Assembly (NCBI RefSeq): GCF_001194135.2
Contig: NC_068988.1
Coordinates: 37,263,291-37,316,255 of the forward strand
Origin: Octopus bimaculoides
Lineage: Eukaryota
Length of the DNA stretch: 52,965 nucleotides
Direction: 5' to 3'
Shown here: one piece after another, positions 37,520 to 50,203 of the stretch
How positions within the stretch are numbered: position 1 is the stretch's first letter
Layout: each line of letters starts with the position of its first letter
Notes under the pieces: model-generated
The model's database searches: none
What the model was told of the DNA's origin: nothing
The model's input: the letters and a program-made list of their open reading frames with translations, nothing else
Position numbers and translations under genes: made by a program

Positions 37520-37751
37520 TTCTTCTTTCTTTCCCTCTCTCTCTCTTTCTGTTGTTCATTCTCTCTCCCTCTCACTCATTCTCTTTCTCTCCCTTTTCTC
37601 CCCTCTTTCTTTCTGTTTCTCATCCTCTCTCACTCATTCTCTTTCTCTCTGTCCCTTTTTCCCTCTCTCTCTCTCTTTCTGTTTCTCATTCTCTCTCACT
37701 TTCACTCATTTTCTTTCTCTCGCTCCCTTTTCTCTCCTCTACCGCCCTCTC

Positions 37752-37800
<49 letters not shown>
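37520..37800. repeat. CT-rich low-complexity / (CT)n tract
   Basis: Direct reading; source of the F/L/S-rich ORFs at 37296-37829. Confidence 0.95.
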
Positions 37801-38351
37801 ATGTCTTCTGTGGAAAGGTTCTAAATTGAATATCACACTTTATTATCATTTGCATAAATATTTGTAATACATCAGTGACATTTTCCCATAAGTTTTAGCG
37901 ATTTCACATTCGATTTGTGGTTGAAACTCCTGTGACATTTGTAGGATTCAACAAAATTCGCACCTTTGTAATCCTAGCACACCTGAGACTGTCCCTCGTC
38001 CTCTTATACGAAATTCTTGCTTTATAATGATCTAGATTCAAAAACCTTTCTTCAAATTTTCATGTTAATTTATCTTTCAAATACCAGCCTGATACGACAA
38101 TTATTTTACCAAATTGTTCATGGTTTTGATAATAAAGTAAAACAAAGGTAGTGTATTTGAGAATAAATATGGTAACGAGGGTGTTAATACATAGAGTACA
38201 GCCAGACGATGCTCACGAGTGACTGTCTTGATAACCTGTACTATGCATTTGCAATGTAGCCGTGAGCAGGCAGCGAAACACTCTCATGCATGCATGCATG
38301 CATGCATGCATGCATGCATGTATGTATGTATGTATGTATGTATGTATGTAC

Positions 38352-38445
38352 GAAGTATCTTACTCTAAGACGCAAGTCCGCCTACTCCAGGATTTGAGTA
38401 GGCGGACTTATGATCATAAGCCGAGCACCCTAACTACTACGTCAC
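38352..38445 (-). mobile_element. tRNA-like SINE head fragment
   Basis: Minus strand gacgtagtagttagggtgctcggcttatgatcataag..., similar to the heads at 1203 and 33838. Confidence 0.5.
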
Positions 38446-38958
38446 ATGTCTTCATTTTCTTTCAAACTGTCTCCAAATACTTTCCATCACTAATCTGAAG
38501 ATTCAGGATTTTACTTTTCAAAGATACCACAGCTGTTTCCAGTTGCCTTTTGTCAGTTTTTTCAGAGTTTATGCAGTTAGTCGCCTGCTTCTTTGATACA
38601 GCGCAGGGCAGGGCCTATTTAATCTGGATACAGCGCAGGGCCTATTTAAACCATATGCATAGTAATGGTTCACATAACATCAGAGCATATCCACCGGTGG
38701 ACCTGTGACGCATGCCTAGAGAACAGCCCTACTCCGAGTCCTACATAAATATATTCTGTTATTCCATCCATAACTAGGGACCCTTGTCAAGTACTGCTGC
38801 CCTGAGCCAGAGCGTGCATGGGAGCAATCACATTTAAAAGTAACTCCATCCTCCCCCAAAACTTCTAAGATCCTTAATTGACGTCTACCATTCGGATGAA
38901 GCTTAATATCTGCCCGGGATATATGTGTGAACACACTATCAGCATTACATTTTAATTT

Positions 38959-39160
38959 AAGGAGGCGAGCTGTCAGAATCGACGACACACCGAGCAAAAT
39001 GATTAACGGCATTCCGTCCTTCTTTACGTTCGAATTTAAATTCCCTGAGGTCGGCTTTACCTTTTATCTTTTCTGAGTCAATGAAAAGAGTAGCAGTTGA
39101 TGTATTCGACATAACAATTCTTACGAACTTGCTGGTCTTGTGCCAAAATTTGAAACGAAT
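38959..39160 (+). mobile_element. SINE family B copy (diverged)
   Basis: aggaggcgagctgtcagaatcg...gaggtcggctttacctttt...tcttgtgccaaaatttgaaac. Confidence 0.75.
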
Positions 39161-39296
39161 ACTAATTTATAATATAAAGCCAGAACCTTTGTTTCTACAT
39201 AAAAATCATGTATGATCTCATTAATATATGCGTCGTCCAATTGTTAAAGGTTTTTAGCTCAAGCAATGACAGTAACGACGTCCCGCCAACCGATTA

Positions 39297-41582
39297 CACA
39301 ATGTAACACATGTTTTGTTTATTTGTAGTTTTTAATGTTCATATATGCATTTTTTGCCACTAAATTCAAAAATCACATTCGTTTTGACGTAACATTGATA
39401 GTTATTTATTTATTCCTAATTTCATATTTGTTCGTTATATTTGTAACTTTTCTCTACAGCACTTTGTTGGTTCAATCCGTTCTAGTATTGTAAGGATAAT
39501 TACACAACATTTAGTACTTTTTCATATATTGAAAGCTATTTAGGAAGTATAATATTAGTTAGAACAAAAAGAAACAATAAAACTCTGCACTTTAAATGCC
39601 TTGATGACTCTTTTCTTAAGATGAGGAGTGCTTTGATGATCGAGATTTTCTGGGGTGTATACCTTCACCGCTTCTGGCTAGAGACCATATATAATCTGTC
39701 ATTATAGCAGTATCACATCGTCCTTGGTATCTTCTTTCCATAGTTGCGATGTCCTGATGAAATCTCTCACCATGCTCCTCACTGACATCACCCAAGTTTT
39801 AGGGGGAAAATTCTAGGTGAGAGTGCAAAAAATGAACCTTTAAGGACATACGCCAACCCATTTTCTCGAAGTTTTCAATAAGCTTTGCTACCGGCTGTTT
39901 GTAATTAGGATCCTTGTGATTTCCTAGGAATCCCCGAACTACGTCACGAAATGCACACCAAGCTTCTTTTTCAACTTTTGTCATCGATCTTTCCAGTTTC
40001 TTCGACTTTAACATTGCATTTACTTGGGGGTCCAACAAATATGCCACCCTTGAGCTAACCTCAGCTAGCTTTGGAACCATAAGACAAATTTCTTGAAAAG
40101 CTTCTCCTCTAAAATCTAAGGCCTTCACAAACTGTTTTACCAATCCGAGTTTGATCTGAAGTGAGGGTGATAAGATTTTGTTGGAATCTACTAGAGGCTG
40201 TTTGAGAACATTTAACATTCCTGGCTGCAGTTCCACTCGTGGGGGCAAATGTACTCTCTTGTTATGATCATCATCAGCTCTGCTGTCCCATAAGCAAAGG
40301 AAACACGAATACTTTGTTTACCCCACTTTCAAGCCAAGCAAGAAGGCAAGCATCTTGAAATCACCACAAACATCCGACTTGAACCCAGCGTAATTTATTT
40401 TGTCGAGAAGTTCTTTGACATTATCGTAATTTTCTTTCTTCTGTATGGAGTGCGCAATAGGCAAAGAAGGATATTTATTTCCATTGTGGAGCAACACTGC
40501 TTTGAGACTTCCTGTTGAGCTATCTACGAACAGTCGCCATTCTGCAGAATCCTGCTTCAATCCAATAGCAATAAACAAACAAATCACATCTTTACAATAA
40601 CACAGATCATTAATATTTTCTTAGTAAATTTGAAATTCTTCATGGCGTTTCCAGTACACAGATGTCTTGCAGTCTCCCCCCCCCCCNNNNNNNNNNNNNN
40701 NNNNNNNNNNNNNNCCCCCCCCAGTAGATTCCATTCCTTCAATCTTGATGAAAGAAGTTCAGCTCCTGACTTAGTAAGACCCAGATCTCTGATTAAATCA
40801 TCTAGCTCACTCTGATTTGGAAAGTGAGGCTCCAAAGTCGTTCTTGGTACGAAAGCTTCCTCTGTTTTTTTGGTTTGCTGCTACTTGTTGACTCTTCAGA
40901 TGAAATATTTTCTGGTGGTAGTCGTACTCGTAAATTTTCATCATGTGGGACAGGTGCTCTAGATGATGGTATGTCTGGATAGTGAAGAGCTTGTCTTCCT
41001 TTCACTTTTCTGTACTTTGTCACATCGATCATACAAAAGTAACAGTCATCGTGATGGTTCTTTGGCTCTCTCCAAACCCTTGGAATGGCAAAAGGCATTG
41101 ACCTTCCTGTACCTCTTAACCATCCTTCTAGAGTAGATCGACAGCTTCCACATATCACATGTGGGGCCCATGGTTTGTCCTGGTCACCCATGAGCATTCC
41201 GAAATAGAGTCTGTACGCTATCCACAATTTGGCACCTTTCACGATCTTATGTAATACCTGCTTTTTCCCCAATATAATAACCACAGACATAGCAAAATGT
41301 ATCTGGAGAATTTGTACATACTCTAGTAGCCATCCTGAAAGACGCAGAACTTAGTTATTGGTCTGAAAGAGAAAATTGGACATACATTTAGTAGAGAAAA
41401 TTAGACATACATTTATAACAATACCGAATATATAATAACATTGAAAGTCGACATATTTTTTTAACTGTTGATGATATAAAAAAAATAATTTCATTTTTGG
41501 AATCAGCAGAGAAAATGGATTGATAAACAATAAAAAAATACAATAAACAATCTTTTGTTTTTTTGAAAATTGTTACCTTGTG
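39297..41582 (-). mobile_element. Chapaev3-like (CMC superfamily) DNA transposon, near full length, with TIRs and TTA target-site duplication
   Basis: Termini TTA|cacaatgtaac (39297) and gttaccttgtg|TTA (41582). Transposase relics as listed in the pseudogene entry. The family assignment rests on recalled Chapaev3 hallmarks (CAC termini, 3-bp TWA TSD, this protein type); no database search was run. Confidence 0.8.
39616..41333 (-). pseudogene. Frameshifted transposase of the Chapaev3-like element
   Basis: CTNSPDTFCYVCG, YFGMLMGDQDKPWAPHVICGSC, WREPKNHHDDCYFC, ELDDLIRDLGL, WRLFVDSS..SLKAVLLHNGNKYPS, CGDFKMLAFLLG, PSLQIKLGLVKQFVKAL, FLGNHK..NY, MSLKVHFLHSHL, SEEHGERFHQDI..MERRYQG. ATG at 41333, stop at 39616; several frameshifts. 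Confidence 0.88.
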
Positions 41583-42344
41583 TTATCGCTACCACTTTGC
41601 CATCGGTTGCCTTTGGTGGAGTCTACTATGTTACAAACAATGAGGTTAAGACTCCCGTTTGAAGACAATCTTTTCTCATCTGCTCCGAAGGCACCAAAAA
41701 GGATCATAAGTACTATCCTTTAATTAAGCAATTAACATCGTCATTTCGCTTGACTTACTAGAAATAGAAAGGAAACTTCATTCAGATTACACGTTGCCTT
41801 CTTGATAGAAAAAATGCATATTCGATGCAATAGACGTAAATTTTATAGCTATGTTACCGTTCATCATAGATATTTTTCAATGAATGTTAATCTGGATTAT
41901 ACAACAACATAAAAAATAACTCTTCGTGACAAAGATGTTCACCAATTCTTTTTACATACTCATATTTTTGCTAAATTCTGTTGTTGCTCTCTTGTGCCAG
42001 TATTTGCGACGTTTGCGTTTTTTCCAATAAAAGAATTAAAGATTCGAAATAGATTAACTAGCTTCAACAGTGAATCGAAACCAGTTCGAATTTTCTATTC
42101 AACTAGACATTTCTTGTACATTGTACAGCAATGTCCACGTCAAAAGCAAATACAACATTAGCATTAACAAAAACAACAATAACATACACACCATTACAAA
42201 TACATCTGATCATTAATTGCGAAAGTGAAGAGACTTCTATCAGATATTCAACTAAATCACTGCTTACATCGTACATTTATTTTACTTCATTGCTTTAGAA
42301 ATTTCTTAATTTCCTTCATGTCTGCTACTTTAAAGGACATGAAC

Positions 42345-42425
<81 letters not shown>

Positions 42426-42483
42426 TGGTGGTGTTGTTGTTGTTGCTGTGGTGGTGGTGGTGGTGGTGGTGGCGGCGGCGGCG
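42345..42483. repeat. Compound trinucleotide array (AGT)n-(TGG/TGT)n-(GGT)n-(GGC)n
   Basis: Direct reading; source of the poly-S/C/G and poly-W ORFs. Confidence 0.97.
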
Positions 42484-43614
42484 TTATCTCTTTATCTCCG
42501 TTCGTTTGATAATTTATCGTTCGCAGTCTCTTGAAACTCCCTCCAAAACATCTGTCGGGACAATGATGTCATTAAAAGTCGTACAGAACAAAGATGTAAG
42601 TGCTTACGTTATAAGTTTCTTTAGAAGTTAAGAACATGTGATTTCCGAACAAGCGTTGATTACGACGTGAGCGTTCTTTCTCTAATGTTTTAGATATCTT
42701 AGGATATTTGAAATTTCAGCTTTTCAAAATCTATTAGGCGATTCTTTCATATTGTTAGAACAACTTTCTGATGGTATCTAGATGCTAATGTGAGATAGCT
42801 CTTTTCATAGAACTCTCTTTAAAGAAGTCGCCAATTTATTTTATTAATATTTTTAGATTATGTTCAAGATAGTAATATCATCATGTTGTTTGGACTGGTG
42901 AATAGTACAGATAAGGCAATGGATGATCTACATAAAAGTGGACTTACGCTTTAATATAGAAGCTACGTGTAGTAACCAGCACTTGGTACGTACTGTAAAA
43001 CCTTCATTACAGGCAGTGGGTGGCTATTTTTTTCGTCGTTGGTCGACGGAATTGCAAAGACAATAGTTTAACCAACATATAGGAAGGACAAATCAACACG
43101 TTCGCAGCATCCTATAGCTGGGATCACGAAACGTGCTACAACTCCGATTCAGACATAAGAACAGTAGTTGCTAAATGATACTTCCACCCGCTTCATAATC
43201 CTGGAACTCCTGAACCAGAGTCAACTAATAGATGCAGTTTAGAGTCATCCTCAGGACTATTGCAGGCAGTAACCAAGGGTATGCATGACGTATGAGAATG
43301 TTACAGTTACAACTTCCTTTATAAAAGTGTTAGGAAGAGCTTTACAATATGAAATATCGTAATCTAGAGATTTACTAGAATCCTGTAAGAGAAGGGCTAA
43401 ACCAATGTTTTGTGAATAGATTTTGTGCAACTATAAGAGTTTAGGAATGCCAATCATTCCTATCTTATAAACTTCACATGTGATGTAGCTATCAAGGAGT
43501 ACATTATGCAATGTGTTAGTGCGTTTTTTTATTTTTTGTGAGATATGGCGTTGCGGGCCTATTTCTTGCAGGCCTATCAACCACGGAGTTTCTTCGTTTG
43601 ATCGATTTTATGAG

Positions 43615-43815
43615 AATATTGGTTTCAAATTTTGGTATAAGGCTAGCAATTTTGGGAGAGGGTTAAGTCGATTACATCGATCCCAGTATTCAAATGGTAC
43701 TCATTTCATTGACCCCGTAAGAATGAAAAGTAAAGTCGACCTTGGTGGAATTTGTATTCAGAATATAAAGACGGACGAAATACTGCTAAGCATTTTGCCC
43801 AGCGGGCTAACGATT
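43615..43815 (-). mobile_element. SINE family B copy
   Basis: ggtttcaaattttgg...ttaagtcgattacatcga...gtcgaccttggtggaatttg...gacggacgaaatactgctaagcattttgccc...ctaacgattc. Confidence 0.85.
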
Positions 43816-46800
43816 CAACCAGGTAACGGAGAATTTTAAAAACTGAACGAATAGAGAAATTTTATTAATCCTCTATCCTGCTAAGCCTCCAAATGTAAAA
43901 CTTCTCAGAAAAGGTCGGTGACTCTCCCGTTTTCCTGCTGCAAGTTAAGTTACCTACGAGTTGGTTCTATACACCCTAAAGCCGAAACACCCGGATTTCC
44001 TTTAAAAGAAAGGGCATATTGGACAATGTACTTCTGGATATATACTAAAAGGGAATGGTATTAAGAAGATGACAACAGAATAATTTTAAAAGACAAATTA
44101 GTATGTTAATATAGTTATTAAGAACAAGTACAATTCGCAGTTTATAACTTAAACCAATGACGTCATTCTGTACTTTATTAGTTATTAAATTAGCTGTTGT
44201 TTTCAGTCCTAATTTTACTTTTGGGAAAATCAACATTGCAAAAAGAACATTGCAGTAACGGAATGAACGATCGACGGCTTAACGTCACTTTTCTTGCACT
44301 CATGTTATGATTTCATTTGTATGTTCTGATGTAGTGATGCAATTCGGTTCTTCGAGTCGAAGCAGTACCAATATGCACTTCCAACTCAAAGAAAGGAAGC
44401 AGAAACTTACACTGGTTATATATTATTTTTCCCATTTTACATATATTCCATGTATAATAAATGTATAGCTTCCAAAGATTCGTTTATAGTTGATTTGTTT
44501 ATATTTGTATTTTATTAATATTTTCTTCTCTGCTCAATCGAAATTATGAAATGAATATCTTTCATATAAAGAAAGTCATTTATTTTCGTAGCAAAACCAA
44601 TTTTTATTACTTTTCTTTTCTCCTTTTTTTTTAATCCTTGCTGAAATAAATCAGCTTTTGAAATCTGTCTTACTATGGACATACATATAATTGGAAAGTC
44701 TCCATCTAAATCAAATGATATACACTCAACATATTAATTTATATCTTTCTCCATCTGTGTAATCCCAATAGTAAAGAAGAGACACGTTTATGATATAAAT
44801 GGAAAATTCAAATCGACATAGAGACATATAAGCTATCCAAGCAATGTTTTACTTCATAATAAATTTCTCTGAAATTAAATCAATCAATACGTCTAGACCC
44901 TGGCTAATACAACTCTTTATTTCATCGTCATCTTTTCTGCGCGTAAATAAGATTTTACAAACAAATAATATATGAATGTATACACGCTCGTGCGCACAAA
45001 CAGTGTATATAAACACACACAATCACACATGAGGCCCACATACACACGCATGTATATGTGTGTCTGTGTATATATTTTTCAAAATGTTTCATGTAAAATC
45101 GTATATTGAAACATATGTTCTAGTATTTAAGAAGCATCATTCTGTCAATAAACTCTGACGCACTAATTGCAGTTCATTACTGGGACTTCACCTCTGACGA
45201 ATGCAGTCAGCACCCGCTCAATGCTAGTTTCATAAAATGTAACTAATTTGCCCAGTACCTGTCATTTATATGTGTGCCATAACGAATACATTATGTACTC
45301 GCAGCGTGGCGAATGGTTTAGGGAATCCGCTTTGCAGTTATTTCGATCACGCAGTGTAGCATCTTTGAAAAGAAATATTTACTATAGACTTGAATCGATC
45401 AAAATCTTAGTGCTATGAGTAAAGTTGGGTTGACTACGCTTCCGTATCATACTTCTTTTTAAAATTCGACATCATTCACGCAGTATAATTGCTTTTTTTT
45501 TTTCTCATCTCAACTGATCCTGCTTTATTCCACTTTACCCCGAAAGAAATCAATGGAGAAAAACATCCCATAACAGGCAAATGTTACATTCCTTTAAAAA
45601 ATGCCAGATAAACAACTAATTCCCCAATGCATTCCGCGAAACAAATCCCTAATCTAGTGGGTTACTGAGTCCTAAAATATAACTTCAAAGGTTATTCCAG
45701 GTAGTGCTATGTTGTTAGATACAGTCTGAGCCAATGAATATCAGGGTTAATAATGGCTTGAGCCAGTAAAGGGTTGGGCTAATGATACGCCTAGGTTGGT
45801 AATAGCCAAAACATAAGTTATCTAAACGCACTTGATAGATTGTGCCTATAATTCAAAAGACTATCCTTATCTCAAGCCGTCTCACGCTGAGCCTAGAGCT
45901 TAGGGTTAACATGCTTAATGAATACTCAGCTTCGTATGCATCAGGTCAATGAGTAGATAGTTCAGTTATTCGAACAACTGAATATGCGCCACCGAAACTA
46001 ACGAGGACATATTTACAGAAAATCTCGAAGCTAGTGGCATATACGTATTTGAACAACACTGTCAAATACCGATATGTCGAATACTATACAACAAATTCTT
46101 TTCATTTATTAAAATCATCTCCGCCTGGAAAGGACACATCATTGTTAGCAAATGGCAATTATGACTAACTCCACATGGGAAAGGAAGATAATCATTAGCA
46201 TGATATCAGTACAACAGTTGTCCGACTTCATTTCCAATAGCCAAAAGACTTCGGCTTATGCAAAACAGAGTAGAAAACAGTTATGGCCAAGCTAATCTGC
46301 ATAGTTTACTTCACTTTCTGAAATGAAAGTAGGTAGCAAGGTTAGGTGTACTTTTCTGTAGGTTGATGAGTGTCTGTATTTGTGTATTCACGCGAGATCT
46401 TGTTGAATTTGATTTGGCTTTCGTATACAATTTCACGTGTACACGCACCTGCACACACACACACACACACATACACACACACTCATATACACACATACAC
46501 AAAAACACACGTACTCACACACATACATACGCATATTCACACACACACACTTTATCCTTTTCCTCTTATTACTCATGTTTTTATGTCTGTACTTGTTCTT
46601 AACGCTTGAAGTGCCACCACAAGCTTTTTGTCTTTTCTTTTTTTCTTATTAGTTCATTCATGTCGTCAGTAAGTCTGCTGGTCAGTTGTTTAATTTTGTC
46701 GTTTCTGCTGTTGTTGGTTGACTTTTGGTTTAAATTATATTCTTGAGAAATATTTTTCTTAGTTTTTCACAATGTTTCGCATGGCTCAGTAGTTTTCCTA

Positions 46801-47077
46801 ACATGTCAAAGCACCATTTTCCTTGGCACCTGTTTCTGCCATCAACTCAGTCTATGCTACCTGCTTAACTATAATCCCAACATATATGCTTGTGCCTACA
46901 CAATGCACAGTGTGTGAATACATACATACATACATACATACATACATAAATACATACATGCATACATGCATATAAGCGCATATGTATACATCTATGAATG
47001 TGGTTCTTCATAGACTCACGTACATATACTCTCATACACACATACATATACAGATATACATAAATATATATATATAA

Positions 47078-47121
<44 letters not shown>

Positions 47122-48429
47122 NNNNNNNNNNNNNNNNNNNNNNNNNNNNNNNNNNNNNNNNNNNNNNNNNNNNNNNNNNNNNNNNNNNNNNNNNNNNNNN
47201 NNNNNNNNNNNNNNNNNNNNNNNNNNNNNNNNNNNNNNNNNNNNNNNNNNNNNNNNNNNNNNNNNNNNNNNNNNNNNNNNNNNNNNNNNNNNNNNNNNNN
47301 NNNNNNNNNNNNNNNNNNNNNNNNNNNNNNNNNNNNNNNNNNNNNNATATATATATATACGTATCCACATGTGCATACACATACGTACTCACACACACAC
47401 ATATACGCACATGTGCATATATTTGATTTGCAATATATCTTTACTTGGCCAAATGTTTGGAACATAGGTCTAAAAATTAGAATTAAACCATTGGATTAGT
47501 TATTAGATAAGTATATCTCTACGTTGTATATATTTCAATCGAATTGTACTTGGGTATAGCAATTTTATTTTTTAAAACATGTCCCACACTTTTGCCCACG
47601 ACTGTATACGAGTGTGTGTGTGTGTGTATACACACTAAATTGCTGGCGTATTAACAATGTTATAATGTATTTTATGGCATTGTCTATAGACTCTTTTACC
47701 CAACACTATGTTCCAATAGATATAAACATTATGTCTATAATTAGAATGCGTTCGCGGACAAAGAAGGTGTAAATCTCGACATCTAACCGCGGGGCTCATA
47801 CCAGTGTATTACACCATAAGTTAACTACCCAGAGTATATTTGGCCCTACAACCAAATATTTGTAACTGATGTCTCTTAGACTTTCATAAGAAATAAATAA
47901 AAAAACGAGAAACACAATGGTTGGTTAGCAGGCTCACAGAGTTCTTTCAGATTGTACGGCATCTTCAGCGAGAGAACTTTGAGTGAGTTGCCACAGTGCC
48001 TTGTAAGCGAAACTTCGTTAGCAGAAACTATGTCCAAACCTGTCTTTTTGTGTGCTGCTATCTGTGTAAGCCAGAGTGCCGAGTTGCCTTATTTCTTTTT
48101 TAAAGATAAGTGAGCCATTCAATAAATAGTAAATGATAAAAAAATATACGGAACTCAAATAAATAATTGCTGGTCGAAATTATTTGCTAAAATATTTGAA
48201 GACATGACCGCAATCGACTACTGAATTAGTAAAAGAGTACGGAAATCATGAAATAGATAATCAGTGAGTCGAGACTACAATCCGATTTTAATTGAAATTG
48301 AAACCGTTTAGTCTTCTTTATGTAATTATTACATTATCTAAAAATTTCATCAGGCCACTCTACTAGATCTCCAGCTTCTTCAAATACTTTACCCCTGGCC
48401 TACATCTCCTAATATATTCGCAAATGTAC

Positions 48430-48510
48430 CAAAGGATTGGTGGATTATATATCAACCTTGACAGGAGGAAAGGCAAAGTTAACTTCGGAAGTAAATGGAC
48501 TCAAACACTG
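48430..48510 (-). mobile_element. SINE family B fragment
   Basis: atcaaccttgacaggaggaaaggcaaagttaacttcgg...tggactcaaac is a degenerate match to the family B core. Confidence 0.45.
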
Positions 48511-48799
48511 GGAGTTGGAACTATTAGGTAAAGTCAATCTATTCAACACTCTAACATCTCGACCATTGTCTGAGTTCCACAAATGTATACAATCGTCGCC
48601 AGATCTTTCAAGGAAACAACGTTTTTGTAAAAGACTCGTGTTAGCTAAGTTGTATCTAATAACATATCATGAAACCTAAATCTTCCGAGGAAAGGTTTTA
48701 GGACTTGTATGAGTTCAAAACCTATGGATTCGATTTTTTTTTCTTTTATGCAGTTAACCCTCTGAATTTCTTTTATTTTCACATAAAATGTCAATTATA

Positions 48800-49705
48800 C
48801 GAGGCGTGTTCAAAAAGTATCCGAATGGGTATAAAGTACAGCTTTGCACATTTCACAAATTTTATTTGATCACCTCCAAAATACTCCCCTTGGAGGTTCA
48901 CACACGTATTCCAGAGTTTCTGCCGTTGCTTGTAATATTTCGGGAACTCCTTCTTGGAATGACATTGAGTTCCACCGTCGCTTTCCTATAATTTCCGTTC
49001 GCGACTCAAATCACTTCTCTTTCAGTGTGTTTTTCAGTTCGAGGAAGGACCAGAAGTCACACGGTGACAAGTCGGAAGTGAAGGGAGCCTATCGAATACG
49101 TGGTGTGTTGTTTTGACAAGGAGAGCTTGGATTACGAGGTGAGTTCAAAATACCCGCCTTTACTTCTTTTCTTTGACACTTTCTACATGTACAAACCCTG
49201 CATTAAAACGGAATGTGTTATTTCCACTTCGTGAGTAATTTTCTGGATTCTACACTACGGTCTTCCATGATTACTCGCCGAACCTTCTTGATCGGCTCCT
49301 ATTTCGACTTGCGTGTGGCCTGCCTGAGCGTGCCTTGGTCTCCGCTGAGGCGCGGTGATGTTAGAGACAGTTCTATCACTCTTTGATCTGAGTTTTACTC
49401 ATGGCATTATCGCCAAATGCTTGCCGATTCTTCTAAATGGTTTGAACTTGAGTATCACCAAGCTTTTGGTGAAACTTGATGGAATATCTCTGCTCAATGA
49501 GTTCGTTGAAAACGAAAATCCGGCGAGCGCACACTAAACATCTGTACTCTCGGCGTAACAGTCGAGAATTAATATGGCCTACTGGTGCGAAATTTTTCAC
49601 GCATGCGCAAGAAAAGTAGCGTCATCTCTCACCCAAAGGATTTTGCCCACGTGGTACTCGCCTTAGCGGAAAAAGTAAAGCCGGATACGTTTTGAAAACA
49701 CCTCG
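48800..49705 (-). mobile_element. Internally deleted mariner with both TIRs and TA TSDs, plus an extra internal TIR at 49135
   Basis: TA|cgaggcgtgttcaaaaagtatccg and cggatacgttttgaaaacacctcg|TA. N-terminal EQRYSIKFHQKLGDT...AFGDNAMSK...RSGRP and C-terminal remnants (..SPCDFWSF.ELKNTLK...QGEYFGGD) are present; the central catalytic region is missing. Confidence 0.88.
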
Positions 49706-50203
49706 TATTCGCAGCAACACCAACTTTGCGTTTCTTTATTTTCTTTTTGTATTTTTTATTTTTTTAGATATTGACTTCAGTATCGAAATTAGTCTTAGTG
49801 TGAATATCTATATAGCTGGAAACTGTGCATCTATAAAGTTTCCTCTATGTATTGGGATAATGTATATGTAGTGGGTGCGAAATGGATATTCAGCCGTAGC
49901 TAGCTGCCGTTTTCTAAGCTAAAGAAGCTTAATATAACAGTACGGTCAGACATTATGACGTCATTTCAGGTTTCTAGAACTATAGCTTAATTCCATTGCA
50001 TCACTTTAATTCTGAGTGATAAAATTTCGAATGTTTGCCATTAGCCATCAGCGTTATACCTTTTTAATCTCTGTTTTATGGTGAAAACATTATAGCCAAT
50101 GATATTTTATTTATTTATTTCGTCACCTAGTATTCTTTAATATTATAATGACTCATTTTGTGAAAGTTATTTATAAAATTATTCCCTTGGAACATTAACT
50201 ACA

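Noticed and set aside
38590-38960. GC-richer segment with ORF 38716-39012, a short direct repeat (tacagcgcagggc x2) and a WTCDAC motif
   Set aside because: Could be a decayed LINE 5' region, but no ordered motif set could be established.
42858-43300. Possible plus-strand terminal exon (YVQDSNIIMLFGLV...) or minus-strand GTAAGT donor at ~42947
   Set aside because: No consistent open exon; more likely a decayed repeat that I could not assign from this window alone.
47930-47995. Minus-strand CTGAAGA...GAAA spacing suggestive of a hammerhead
   Set aside because: Stem II does not pair and stem III with the cleavage triplet is missing.
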